64,000 nucleotides of DNA from Octopus vulgaris (taxonomy: Eukaryota), in the NCBI GenBank assembly GCA_951406725.2, contig OX597818.1, forward strand, positions 69,130,001 to 69,194,000, in the 5' to 3' direction. The translations under genes and the position numbers were made by a program. Below, piece by piece: positions 14,400 through 27,260 of this stretch (position 1 is its first letter; each line of letters begins with the position of its first letter). The notes below the pieces were generated by a model. That model saw nothing but the letters and a program-made list of their open reading frames with translations. It ran no database searches and was not told the origin of the DNA.

Positions 14400-16642
14400 G
14401 TTTGGAGTGCTGATGTAATCCCTGATGTGAATTAAAGTAAAAAGTCTTGGAGTGTAGGAAAAGAGCAGACTAGATGTGTGGAGTGGTTGAGTGACATTGA
14501 AAAGGACATAACACTTTCTGGTGGTTATTCCCAATAATCACCAAGAGGATTTAGAGATAATATCTGATATGGTAATTATCCAATGTAGGAAGATGCCAAA
14601 TTAGAAGACTCCTGGCAAAGACACAGTGCAAGGATTCTGATTGGCAAAAAAAAAAAAATCAAGGGCCCTTCGTGGGAGAATTGCTGAACAACTGAATAAT
14701 ATTTTTAATAGAGAAGAGAGATTGGCAGAATGGTTAACGTTTGGGAGAACGATTTTGTGTTTGAAGGAATCCAGTAAAGGAAATGCAGTTGAAGACTTTT
14801 GACCTTTCCTTTGCTTTCCACTAATGTGGAAGCTTACGACAGGTGTCATTGCTGAAGAGATGTACGAATATCTGGAGAAGACACTACCTGAAGAGCAAAA
14901 GGGATTAAGGAGAAGGACTAAAGATCAATTGCTGATTGATAAGATAATCCTTAAAGATTGTAAAAGGAGGCACAAAATTCATGCCATGACCTGGATTGAT
15001 TACTGCAAAGTCTATGACACAGTGCCACATAATTGGTTAGTGGAATGTTTTGAAATGCTTGGTATTTGCAGCTAATGTTGGACAGTTTCTGGTGATCAAT
15101 ATGGATGGCTGGAAGACTGAGTTGACATCATATACAGTAGACAGACATTGAGAGTTGTGGACATTGAGGAATATTCCAAAGAAAGAGTCTTCTCGACTTT
15201 GTCGTTTGTATTGTGTATGGTTGCACTTTCATTAATGTTGAGAAGGACAAAGGCTGGGAGGATGTGCGTTTAAGATAAACCAACAGCTATTCATGGATGA
15301 CCTAAAACTGTTTGGGAAGTACTATGAACAAAATGATTCCCTTGTACAGACAGTTCATACATTCAGGATAAAATTTGGCATAAAATGTGTGGAGTACTAC
15401 AACTGAAGTGCAGTAATATTGATATGATGGAAGGAATTATATTACTGGATGGGGAAGTTATGGAGGAAATTGACAACAACGATCTAAGTAATTAGGCATC
15501 CTGGAAACAGACCAAATTCAAGAGAAGGAAATGAAAGAATTATTATCAAAGGAATACAAACAGAGACTGAAGTTGGTGTTAAAAACAGGGCCATTGCACC
15601 TCTAAGGCCCAGCGACGGTGTGATGGAGTGGAGAAGTGATGAGCTTAAGGAGCCTGATAGAAAACCAGAAACATGTTGACACTACGAGGGGCCCTACACC
15701 CTAAAAGTGAGGTGAGCAGGTTGTGTCTATTGTGACATTAGATGTGAATTGTGTACAAAATCTGTGGAAAATAATCTGGCTTGGAATGCAAAATATTCAA
15801 AGGAGAGACTGATGGCAGGTGTAAGAAAAATTAAAGTCTTGAGCAGTGATGAAGTGAAAGAAAAGAGAGAACTGAAACACGACAGACAGGATAACACCTT
15901 AAACAGATGGAAAGGAAAAGTATGTATGGTCGATTCTTGCAGGAAATGCCTGCAGCACTTGACAAAGGTAAGATCTGGGAATGGACTCGGAAAAGTAAAT
16001 TGAAAGTTGAAACTGAAGCCGTTATTTTCAAAGCCCAAGAACAGGCACTGGAAATGAATTATATCAAGATCAATATTATCATGTCAGTGAATTCCCCACA
16101 TTGCATGTTGTGTGGTGAGAAAGGTGGAACGTTAGTGAACGTAAGATGCCTGCACAAAAGACGTGTAAGAGAAGGCATAACAACATTGCCAGATTGGTTT
16201 ACTGAAAACTCTGTTATATGTATGAAATGAACAGATGTGTGAAATGGTATGAACACCAAAACTGGAAAGGGTTGCTGAAACCAAACAATGCCAGATCTTG
16301 TGGGACATGATCATCAAGTGTGACCATCTTATCGTGGCTAGAATACCTGTTGTCATAGGAAAGGAGAAGAATAGAGCAATTATTGTGGATATTAATTCAC
16401 TGTAGGACCACATTTGACTAATAAGGAAAGTGGTGATAGAGTTGAGAAATATCAGGAGCTGAAGAGGGAAATAAGGAAACTAAGGAGGATCAGACAATTA
16501 GAAGTGGTACTGATTGTGGTTTGTGCACTAGGAGCAGTTAGTAAAGGGCTGGATGCAGGGTTTGAGAAGCTAGGAATTACCATCAGAATGGGGGCTGTTG
16601 CAGAAAACTGCCTTGTTAGGAACAGCAAAGATTCTAAGGAGG
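14400..16642 (+). mobile_element. R4/Dong-clade non-LTR retrotransposon, decayed (RT, CCHC remnant, restriction-like endonuclease)
   Basis: Fragments include KTPGKD, LPEEQKG...[59 protein letters not shown] and ALGAV...LLQKTALLGTAKILR. Many stops and frameshifts. Confidence 0.9.
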
Positions 16643-16732
16643 ATACAGTTCTATATTTAAGAGATGAGGAATTATGTACATTATTTACATTATTTACATT
16701 TGACGATATTTGTCCTCATCTTGTTTGTTGTT

Positions 16733-16778
16733 AACACAACATTTCAGCTGATATACTCTCCAGCCTTCATCAGGTGTC
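16733..16778 (-). ncRNA. Minimal hammerhead motif (family 1)
   Basis: Minus strand: gacac CTGATGA aggctg-gagagtatat-cagct GAAAT GTT gtgtt. Confidence 0.75.
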
Positions 16779-16825
16779 TTTGGGAAATTTCGAACCTGAG
16801 TTCTCATTCCTAAGGTATTTTTCAA

Positions 16826-16883
<58 letters not shown>

Positions 16884-16887
<4 letters not shown>

Positions 16888-16960
16888 TCACTGCTTGGAA
16901 TCGAACTCGGAATCTTGGGGTTAGTAGCCCGTGCTCTTAACCACTATGCCATATACCCAT
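16884..16960 (-). other. tRNA-derived SINE head (Pol III A and B boxes), not a functional tRNA
   Basis: A box TGGCATAGTGG, anticodon-like arm GGG-CTACTAA-CCC, B box GTTCGATTCC. The acceptor stem does not close. Confidence 0.75.
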
Positions 16961-17024
16961 GGGCATAAGCTGTAACATCGAAAAATACCTTAGGAATGAG
17001 AACCCAGGTTTGAAATTTCCCCAA

Positions 17025-17070
17025 GACACCTGATGAAGACTGGAGAGTATATCAGCCGAAACGTTGTGTT
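17025..17070 (+). ncRNA. Minimal hammerhead motif (family 1)
   Basis: gacac CTGATGA agactg-gagagtatat-cagcc GAAAC GTT gtgtt. Stem I is gacac/gtgtt; stem III is the loopless palindrome AACGTT. Confidence 0.8.
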
Positions 17071-17254
17071 AACAACAAACAACACGAGAACAAATATCCG
17101 TCTAATGTAAATAATCTAAGGAGGACATTTGAAAGTTGAAGGAATGATCCAAAGGACCGTTGATCATTTGATATGGGTCACTCTTTTGGTAGAGTGCCAG
17201 CAGAACATCTACCAGAGCAAAAGCATCATGGATAATAATAACAATAATGGTAAG

Positions 17255-17828
17255 AATAATGCAGTGCCTGGCAGTAGGTCTCTTGGCTTCTGATCTGAAC
17301 TGATTGGAACTGTTATCATGTATATTATTTTGTCTTAGCATAAAAGATGGGTTACAGCAAATATTCTGCTCAATACCAGAGATTGGCTTGTCAGTTGTTT
17401 GACCGTAACCAGTTGAGCATATCTCTTGTGGCTGACAATATGTGCATCTCTGATCACGAGCAGAAGTAGTGGGGGATCTATGATCATGAGCACCATAGCC
17501 ATGTGTTGAGAGGAATTCTTTGGGGTTTGGATAATTCACCTTTGGAAACATGGGTGTTTCCTTCAACATCTTTGAACAAGTCTTATTCAGAGACCTTTTG
17601 AATGGGATGGGCTACTCGAACTGAAGAAAATTCTAAACAGGCCCCACCTACAAGGTCATGTGCTGGTCATCTTCATATGAGATTGCCATGTTGCACCCAT
17701 ATGGTTGTGATGCATGTGCCTGGTGTACCCTTATCACACAGGCAGTCATGATGGATATACAGGGCTTTGTATATTTGTGCCTCAGTGTCACTTTGATGGC
17801 ATGTGCTACTCTCTCACTCAATAATAAT
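17255..17828. mobile_element. Non-coding dispersed element of about 570 bp, set in (TAA)n
   Basis: Colinear with 46191-46748 over its whole length; both copies are bounded by TAA repeats. Confidence 0.85.
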
Positions 17829-17829
17829 C

Positions 17830-18010
17830 CTTTCTACTAAAGGCACAAGGCCTGAAATTTTGTGGGAGAGGACTAGTTGATTATGTCAACCCCAGTGTTT
17901 CACTTGTAATTAATTTATTGACCTCATCGGAATTTGAACTCACAATATAAAGATGGATAAGATGACAGTAAACATTTTGCTTAGCATGCTAATGATTCTG
18001 CCAGCTCACA
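17830..18010 (-). mobile_element. SINE family A, decayed
   Basis: AAAGGCACAAGGCCTGAAATTT...GGAATTTGAACTCA...GATTCTGCCAGCTC. Confidence 0.7.
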
Positions 18011-18011
18011 A

Positions 18012-18418
18012 CATCATTATCATCATCATCATCGTTTAACATCCGTTTTCCATGCTAGCATGGGTTGGACTGTTCGACCGGGGTCCGGTAAGCCATGGAG
18101 GCTGGACCAGGCTTCAGTCTGATCTGGCAGTGTTTCTACAGCTGGATGCCCTTCCTAACGCCAACCACTTCGTGAGTGTAGTGAGTGCTTTTTATGTGCC
18201 ACTGGCACAGGGCCCAGATGAGGCTGGCAAACGGCCACAATTGGTTGGTGCTTTTACGTGTCACCAACACGGATGCCAGTCAGGCAGCGCTGGCAACTGC
18301 CCTGTCCGGACGGTGCTTTTTACGTGTCACCGGCACAGGTGTCTTTACAATTTCCATTTGATTTTCATTTTGATGTTGGTGTTGACGTACTTGACTCAAT
18401 AGGCCTCCTCAAGAACAG
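18012..18418 (-). mobile_element. RTE-type 3' UTR/tail copy
   Basis: Same tail and subrepeats as 32968-33400. Confidence 0.85.
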
Positions 18419-19814
18419 ATGATGATGATGATGATGATGTTTTCTTTATTAACCACCAACAGTTCACAAAATACGTTGAGGATGGTGCAGCTTCTTAGGA
18501 TTTTGGTACTTTGCCGGCAATTTTAAGTGTAGGAGATAAGTTGATTACTTTGAAAAGAATGAAATTCTAAGAAGAACGCAGCAGAATTTGAACTCAGAAC
18601 ATTAAGAGTCAGAAGAAATTCTGTCAAGTACTTCTTCCAGTGCTAGACATTTTTTTTCTGGTGTGCAAACAATTCTTACAGCTTACCACATAAATGATGA
18701 TGATGATGATCATCATCATCATCATCCTCATCATAATGAGGAGGAGGAAGATAAGATGCAATGCCCTGTTGTAAACTATATTTTTTTTTTTACTATAGGT
18801 TGCTTGTGTATAAAACTGCGTAGAATAATAAAGAACGAGAAAGGATTTCTTTTGGAAAATCAAATATATAGACAGAGGGTTTATCAGATAATCAATTTTT
18901 CTTTACTAGGTTACAAGTCATTCAGGATTGAATGGCTTGGCTGAACAAATTAAGATAGACATTATTTAGATATTTCTAAGTGAGATGATGATACTAGAAG
19001 CATACTGAATGAAACAACACTGCGATATTAAAAGGCAATATAATAGAATTGATAAAATGATAAGCAGGACAGAGAGGTGAGATAAAATTTTCTTTCCTTT
19101 ACACTGACAAGAAACTAAATTAAGTGAGTAAATCATTTTGAAAAAAAACATCACTTCACAAAGCGGTAAAGAAATAGAGGATAATTTTCCTTGAAAACAA
19201 CAATTTAGCAAGTTCATTTGAGTGTCTGTGAGAGCGACAGGATAAAAATACTCTGTGTGTGTGTTTAGTTAATTATTGTGCAACAGAAAACAAAGTTAAA
19301 TGAAATGAGATGAAAGAAAATGAGAATTAAATAAAAATAAGAAGGAAAAAAATTTTTAAATTCTCCGGTTAATGAATAACTTAATAAAGGAAATATTTAA
19401 ATAGCTTCGTTAAATTATAGGGCAGAAGCCACACTGTTGTTGTCCTTATTTAATTTTTGTTTAGGGTGAACTGTCTGTTATCTCCCCTCATCAGCCATTC
19501 TCTTAAAAGTTGATTGCAAATTATTAGTTGCATTAATTAGTACGGTTAATGATATACATACTTTATTATTTTATGTTCTTAATTTAGAGGAAAGTTTCAT
19601 TTTTGTTAAATGGTAAATACTCATACCATATCAGTGATATATTCAACATAAAATTCTTTGTTTTCATAATTTGAAGAATAACCTGCATGGCAGACAAGTT
19701 AAGACAAACCAATGAGAGAGAGCATAAACAAATTTGTTCAATCTGCTATAAATAGTAGTCAAATCGCCCTCAATTCATTCGCAACTGTTTTAAAAGAAGA
19801 AAGTCAATGTTGTC

Positions 19815-20395
19815 AAGAGTGGCTGTGTGGTAAGAAGTCTGCTTCCCAACTACATGGTTCCAAGTTCAGTCCCACCACATGGAACCTTAGGCAAGTGTCT
19901 TCTGCTATGGCTGTGGACCAATCAAAGCTTCATATATATGTATATAAATAGTTGAAATTTGCAGAAAAACAAAAGATGAAGACAGGTGTATGAACAACAA
20001 GCAGGTGTATTAGTTTGGCACTCGAGAAAGTGAGAAAGTCTTTTATATTTCGAGCCTATGCTCTTCAGCAGAAAGGAATAAGAGAAAATAAACAGATAGA
20101 GAATAAAAAAAAAAAACTTCGGGATTTAGCAATCAAGAGAGAGATAGACAGATAGATAGATAGATAGATAAATAGATAGGTGTGTGTCTGTGTTTGTCTA
20201 CCACCACTGCAGGTGGTGGTGTTTTTGTGTCCCTATAACTTAGCAGTTTGACAAAAGGGTCCGATAGAATAAGTACCAGGCTTAGAAAATTAAGTAGTGA
20301 GGTTCACATCCAACTAAAAATTCAAGGTGGTGCTCCAGCATGGCTGCAATCTCATGACTAAAGCCAGTAAAAGGATAAGACAAATAAAAGAAAAA
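19815..20395 (+). mobile_element. SINE family B interrupted by a family-2 hammerhead repeat (19949-20135, minus strand; motif 20040-20075)
   Basis: SINE head 19815-19930 and tail 20180-20395 ending GGTGCTCCAGCATGGC. The insert is homologous to 6397-6588. Confidence 0.75.
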
Positions 20396-21189
20396 TGTAT
20401 AAAGCAAGGTGGATGCCAAAAGCTGGAATGGTTTTGGTCACAGCCATCGCTGAAAGCAAAACAACAGCAACAGACATTCTTTTAACAAACTCGGAATAAA
20501 GAAATTAAAAAAATAAAAATGTTATAAAGAAAAAAAGAGAAAAGATTTTCGTTCAGTATGCAAGAAATCAAAGAATTCATATTTTGTTGTTGCTAAGATT
20601 TGAACTTTTGACCTCTTGACATGTAGCTCTCTCTGAAGAATAGACATATTTCCTTTCTTCATCCTGTTAAACTCTTGTGGAAGCAGATTTCTGTTGAAAT
20701 ATCAATTACACTTCCTCAATAGTACATCAGTAACATTTTTCATATGCAATCATAAAACTCATAAACACCTGAGAGAATTCTGTTTCTGGAAAATCCATAG
20801 AGTTTGATTCCAATGACCAAAATTCCAAGAACTTCCCTTCACTAATACATCTGCCAAATTTTATCTTGTCATCCATGAAGGAGCAGCAAAATTCATAGTT
20901 GCAGTTGTTTGGTTTTAACTTCTGTCAAATTTTATTTAACTTTTCTTTTCATCAACACCATTTTATGCCTGTTTTCTATGCTGTTGTTGTTGCTAAGCAA
21001 CAAGACAGGTAAGGGTGATTAGGTGATGGTCTAGGGCTTAGGGGCGGGAGACCCCAGACCTTGGAAAAAAAGAAAAAACTTTGGTTGTCTTGTTGTAGTC
21101 GAGGGCTCTTCATTGCTGCCCGACACCACTGGGTGGTGGCCCTCGAAGTCGCTGGAAATGGAGATCTCCAGGTCCAAATTCTTGGATGA

Positions 21190-21370
21190 CTGTTTTCCAT
21201 GCTGGTATGGGTTGGACAGTTTGACTGGAACTGGTAAGACAGGGAGCTGCACCAGGCTCCAATTGCCAGTTTTGGCATGGTTTCTATGGTCAGATGTCTT
21301 TACTAATGCCAACCACTTTACAGAGTGGACCAGGTGCTTTTAATGTGACACCAACACAAGTGCTTTTTCA
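21190..21370 (-). mobile_element. RTE-type 3' end copy
   Basis: TTTTCCATGCTGGTATGGGTTGGAC...AATGCCAACCACTTTACAGAG. Confidence 0.75.
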
Positions 21371-21451
21371 GAAAGAATAAATTTCTCTCAGGTTTGTATG
21401 AACAATCAAGTATGTATGAACGTAGGTATACACACACACATACGTGCACAT

Positions 21452-21805
21452 ACATCATCATCGTTTAATGTCTGCTTTCCATGCTAGCATGGGTTGGACG
21501 GTTTGACTGAGGGCTGGCGAACCAGATGGCTGCACCAGGCTCCAATCTTGATCTGGTAGAGTTTCTACAGCTGGATGCCCTTCCTAATGCCAACCACTCC
21601 AAGAGTGTAGTGGGTGCTTTTATGTGCCAGTCAGGCGGTACTGGCAACGGCCACAAAAATATCGTGTTTTTTGTTTTTTTTCTACGTGTCACCTGCACAC
21701 TGGCACAAGTGCCAGTAAGGCGACGCTGGTAATGATCACACTTCGTCACACTTGAATGGTGCACGAAGGCCAGTTGGCCGCTCTGGCAATGATCACGTTC
21801 AGATA
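21452..21805 (-). mobile_element. RTE-type 3' UTR/tail copy
   Basis: Closely similar to 32968-33320. Confidence 0.85.
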
Positions 21806-22304
21806 ATTGAGGCATAACTACAGTTTGATGCTCCTTGAATATTTTTTCATAATTTCGTTAATAATAAATATTTTTCAAAGAAATTTTGCAGATTTACTTT
21901 TTCAAAAGTGAAGATAACCATTACATTGTTGAAAGATTTGTTTAATGTTTTTTCTTCCCCCACTTTTTCTCCAAGAAAAGGAAAGAAATTTATATCTTTT
22001 AGTTAATCAATAACTTACATATGGTCCTTACACTGGAAAAAATAAAGAACCTATGACATTATCTTCATTGAGCAGCAGAGTGAAAAGCACAATAAAAGAA
22101 ATTCGGTCTTTACGTTTAGTTTACTAAAATACAAACCAAAAACATTCAATTCTTTCAATGCTTTCAATTTGGAGTTTTGCTGGCTAAATATAAACCAGCA
22201 TTTTTTTCTTTTTTCTCTTTTCCATTTACCAATTCTACTGACAAGGCACTGGTTGGCTCGAGTCAATTGTCGAAGACACTTGCCCCAGGAAAAATGGAAG
22301 TAGA

Positions 22305-22399
22305 ATGATGATGATGGTGGTGGTGGTGGTGGTGGTGGTGGTGAGGTTATGGTGGCAGTGGTGGCGGTGGTGGTAATGATGGTGGTGGGGGTGGTGATA

Positions 22400-22440
<41 letters not shown>

Positions 22441-22465
22441 AATGTGTGTGTGTGTGTGTGTGTGT
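22305..22465. repeat. (GGT)n/(GAT)n/(GT)n microsatellite
   Basis: Directly visible. Confidence 0.9.
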
Positions 22466-23119
22466 ATACACAAATTAGATGGGCGATCAGCCCATTGTTG
22501 TATCATTAAGACACCTACAAAATGTTGCTCATGAAGTCAGGTTCCTTTTATAATTCAGTTTCTATAATCATGTCACATGTCCTACGCAGCCGTCACAAGC
22601 CATTTATCTACATCCAGCTTCCTACTCCCTCATCATTACCCCAAGCCTCACGTCATTTTATTCATCGGTTCTTTTGACATATCCAAATATAAATATGTCA
22701 TTTAAAATTATAATTCTCAGTAAAATTCATTGAAAAACTACAAACAAAGACCATAGTTTAGAATTTTTGAAGAAAATTGGATTGTTGCTATCCAATTAAA
22801 TATGTTATGCATGAAATAATGGAACCATGACAAATTCGTGGGTGGCGGTAGATATCTGCAATTCTATCACAATGATTTTTGCAAAGAATTATTCATCTAA
22901 AAGAATGCATTCTCTGAGAACAATAAATTGAAACTGGAAGATATAATTAAGATTTTTTTCTACAAATTTATATTTTGGGTCTTTTTGAATTTATTTTATT
23001 TCATTTATTTCAAATGCAAGGTAATAATGAATGTATGTCCCTATTTTTAACAACCACCAGACGACAGAGTACAAAGCCACGTCAAAGATCTTCTCCAGGT
23101 CAGCAAATTCTGTTAATAA

Positions 23120-23320
23120 CCATTTCTAATAAAGGCACGAAGCCTGAAATTCTGCATGTGGGAACAGCCAATTACATGAAGCCCAGTGTTCATTCAACTG
23201 GTACTTTTTCATTGACCCCAGAATGATGAAACGCAAATCCAACTACAGCAGAATTTGAACTCAGAACATAAATGTTACCAAGTGTTTCCCGCTGCTTGCT
23301 GACAAGTCTGCCAACTCACA
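23120..23320 (-). mobile_element. SINE family A, decayed
   Basis: AAAGGCACGAAGCCTGAAATT...GAATTTGAACTCAGAAC...TCTGCCAACTCA. Confidence 0.65.
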
Positions 23321-25012
23321 ACCTTTGACAAATGTTTTGAAGAATATTTTGTATTTTGCTAGTAACCATTCCTTTAGTTATTTCACTCTGAAAGGGACAT
23401 TAGTGCCAGCCTGTTCTAGCACAACCACAAAATGCATCTCCTATCACCTTTTTTTCCTTTATGCACTAAAATTTTCTACTCTTTCTGTTTATTTCCTCCT
23501 TCTGTATCTGGCTGACGTTTGTCATGGCTGATATGGAATACAGCATCACCAAGCATTGGCTATGGCGCCTCCCACTCTCTGCTATCTGGTTGTCTATTAC
23601 GGGCATTAGCATGAGCCCTGCTATGGTGGATATTTTTATTATCTCAGTAACTGTTTCTGATGGTCAGGCTACTTTCTCTGCCTTCATATCCTTAATAGCC
23701 ATTTTGATGAAATAGCTGTCGATAGAGGAGATATAAATGTTAAATGGGAATCCATTAGCACAACTACATCAGATTATTAAACATGTCAAACTGATAAGAT
23801 CGTTGAGTCATAGCAATGTGGGATGTTTATAAGTGGCTGAGTGACTTGTTAAAAAGAGCAGTGAAATCTCCCTGAAGGCACACACACACTACAGTCTTAA
23901 AAGTGAAGAATATTGGTGCATAATGTTGTCATGGACGCAATGTATCAAGAAAAGGAAAGGTCATACTTGGAGATACTCGACTAAAATCTACTTAAGACTT
24001 TTGCTTCCATATTTCATCAGAAATATATCAGTTTTGTTGCAATTAGTTTTTTAATTAATGAAGAATTTAGTAAAATAACTTTACCATTATTAATGAAGTG
24101 TTTGGGATATGAATTAACATGAAATTTTAATTGAAAGTATTATTTCAAATAATTTTAAACAAGAAGTTTGCATTATAGAACAAGGGTCCATTTCTGGCAA
24201 GTTGGTAATAAAAGGGGCAATTGGGGCTAATTTAGGTTAAACAACAAACAGCAACTTGTTATCAACAAATGAAGACATCTTTACATTTCATGGTTTTTTT
24301 GTTCTTTTAAGAATTTCATGTTTATCAGGAAATTTTCCTAAAGAAATACAAACTCAGTTTCTGGTTGTCTTTCTTCAAGAATCCTTTTACATGTCATCAC
24401 CTTGTCAGAAAGAGACAGACAGGTTTGCCACACCTGCCTGGTTACTCAGAACGCATAAAGAGTTGCAATAAATAGCACAAAGAATTTCCTTAGGGATATT
24501 GCTGGCGAAGGGCTGCGTCTCCACTGTAGATTTTGAAAAATTAGGATATATAAACAGGAGGCATATAGTTTGATCGCCTCGTTGTTTATATATTTAATCC
24601 AAGGTGTACCTGTTGAGGATGATTTCAACTCGTGACCAAATATTATTTGCTAGCTAAACTAAAATCAGAAACCAATTGGTCCAGGAAACTTGACGGTAAA
24701 ATGCTTTTATTTTTCATTTCGTTCCTGTCGAATTTTATCCCTAATTTTTGTAGTAATAGAACCTAGCTGTTCTTTCTAGCGTGTTGAATTCCACAAGGGG
24801 ATTCCTTATGCGTTTAAATGTACACTATATATTATGACTAATTTATAGTCTTTTGGACTAAATTTTTACACGTTAGGCCACTGGAAATTAAAATTTTATT
24901 TGATTTTTTATTTCCCTTTGATATGTTTATGTATATATATATGATTAAAGTTCATGTCTTTGACCTCGTGTTAATATATAACGTGCAGTTCGACAAATTA
25001 TATTTTATGACG

Positions 25013-25091
25013 TACTCCACCGATGATCTGAGGATTAATTATCTAAGTAAAATTGCATAATTTATTAACAGTGAAACAATTGTATGGGGTA
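25013..25091 (+). ncRNA. Minimal hammerhead motif (family 7), CCGATGA core
   Basis: tactcca CCGATGA tctg...cagt GAAAC AATT GTA tggggta. Stem I is 7 bp with one G-U; stem III is the palindrome ACAATTGT. Confidence 0.75.
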
Positions 25092-25240
25092 AATCTATAT
25101 TTTTGTTATTTTTCATTTGTCCTGCTTACTTACGTTCTTAGTTTGCTAAATTTTTCTCGAGAACAATTCTTAGTGGTTCAGACCCTTGCGGATCTATATC
25201 TAGTGTAAGAGCATCCACATAGTGGATTCTCTCTCATATT

Positions 25241-25368
<128 letters not shown>

Positions 25369-25749
25369 ATATATATATATGTATTTAGTATATATATATA
25401 GTATTTGGTGTATAGCATTAGGGCATAGAAGGTAATATATCCTATATTGTTTTCAGTTTATATGATGAGCTGGGTGCTTGTGATTGATCCGATACCTGCA
25501 ATAATTCCAGCATCCAATATATCAATATATTTTAAACAAGTAATCAATAATCAATAATGGGATTGAATGACAACAGTCAATATTGCCATCAAGTAGAATC
25601 ACTTCAGGTTCGTTTTATGCTAATAAACAGACCAAGATAAGAATGCTGTACATATACTTACACATACACATACAAACACACACACACACACATGCACATA
25701 TATATGTCTAAATATGTGTGTGTGTGTGAGTGTGTGTATTACAAAATAC

Positions 25750-25958
25750 TTGGTGACTCTATTGATTCTGGTGTCACATAAAAAGCACCCAGTACACTCT
25801 GTAAAGAGATTGGTGTTAGGAAGGGCACCAGCTGTAAAAAGCATGGCATAACAGACAGTGGGATCTGATGCAGCTCCTGGTCTTGCCAGATCGTGTCAAA
25901 CTGTCCAACCCATATCATCATGGAAAACATACATTAAACAAATGATGATGATGATGAT
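25750..25958 (+). mobile_element. RTE-type 3' end copy
   Basis: AAAAAGCACCCAGTACACTC...GTTAGGAAGGGCA...(GAT)n. Confidence 0.75.
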
Positions 25959-25962
25959 AAGG

Positions 25963-26010
<48 letters not shown>

Positions 26011-26013
<3 letters not shown>

Positions 26014-26180
26014 GCACAGGTATGGCTGTTTGGTAAGAAGCTTGCTTCCCAATCACATGGTTCTGGGTTCAGTCCCGCTGTGGTGCACCTTGGGCAAGTG
26101 TCTTCCACCATAGCCAAAGACTAACCAAAGCCTTGTGAGTGGATTTGTTAGATGGAAACTGGCAAAAGCCCAACGTGTAT
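26011..26180 (+). mobile_element. SINE family B, 5' part
   Basis: tRNA-like head followed by CACCTTGGGCAAGTGTC (CORE-like) and GGATTTGTTAGATGGAAAC. Confidence 0.8.
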
Positions 26181-26761
26181 ATATATATATGTGTGTATGT
26201 GTGTGTGTGTGTCTGTCTGTCTGTCTGTGTGTGTATGTGTTGATGATGTGTTGAATAGTCAACATGCCACTGGTTCACTTGTGTATTTGGTAAGCCTGAA
26301 GGAGCTGAGAGTTGCATTGGCGCATTGCATAATCTCGTGAATGCAATGCATCCTGCATCTCTGCTTGCACCATGTTTGCATCACAATAAATGTTCTTAAC
26401 GAAACACCTGCAGCAGTAGCATATAACCCCTTCATCTCGTTTGGACATGTCTTTATTTCACAGTTAAGGATCCATTTATCTTTGGATACCATTGGCTCCT
26501 ATCGGAACACTGGATTACAAAATAATGCAAAGCTTCCATTCATTGGTGTATTGTGTGCAATAATCACGGAATTTGTAACTGAGTGATGTGTGGCATTCTC
26601 TCTGACCGATGTGGCATGCATCACTTTGATATGCCTTAATCCTTTAGGGATCTTTTGTAATTCACACGCATGCACACATATATATGTATATATGTGTGTT
26701 TGTATGTGTATATATATATATGTGTGTGTGTGTATATATATATATGTGTGTATATATATAT

Positions 26762-27260
26762 ATAGTGAGAATTTAGAAAAAAACAAAAGACGAAGACGGG
26801 TGTGTAAACAACAAACAGATGTATTAGTTTAATGCTTGGGAAGTGAGAAAGTCTTTTACATTTCGAGCTTATGCTCTTCAGCTTGCTTCCCAACCCCATG
26901 GTCCTGGGTTCTGTCCCACTGTGTGGTACTTTAGGCAAGTGTCTTCTACTACAGCCTTCAGCCAACCAAAACTTTATGGGTGCATTTGGTCTTCAGAAAC
27001 AGAGAGAAACCCATCATATCTATGTGCATGCGTGCGTGTGTGTAACTGTCTTTGTGTTTGTGTTTGTCCTGCCACCACTTGACAACCGTTGTTGGTGTGT
27101 TTATGTCCCTATATCTTAGTGGCTTGGCAAAAGCAAAGGATAGAAAAATACCAGTTTTGGAAAAAATTAAGTAACGGAAGGTGGAGGTTCAATTCATTTG
27201 ATTAAAGGCAGTGCCCCAGCATGGCCACAGTCTAATGACTGAATCAAGTAAAAGAATAGA
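26762..27260. mobile_element. Chimera: family-2 hammerhead repeat (26762-26882, minus) fused to SINE B (26880-27260, plus)
   Basis: Junction ...GCTCTTC-AGC-TTGCTTCCCAAC..., with AGC shared by both parts. Confidence 0.75.

Larger units (their letters stand above)
16643..17115 (-). mobile_element. Composite element: tRNA-derived head, (AAT)n and hammerhead-containing pLTR-like body, plus an inverted partial copy
   Basis: Inverted arms at about 16689-16830 and 16973-17115 flank (TTA)n and a tRNA-like unit. A second copy of the body is at 50091-50310. Confidence 0.8.

Noticed and set aside
16884-16960. Functional tRNA gene (ACT anticodon-like loop)
   Set aside because: The acceptor stem does not pair and the unit is embedded in a repeat; treated as a SINE head.
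24440-24830. Penelope coding remnant upstream of the 25013 hammerhead
   Set aside because: I could not recover convincing RT or GIY-YIG motifs in any frame by eye.
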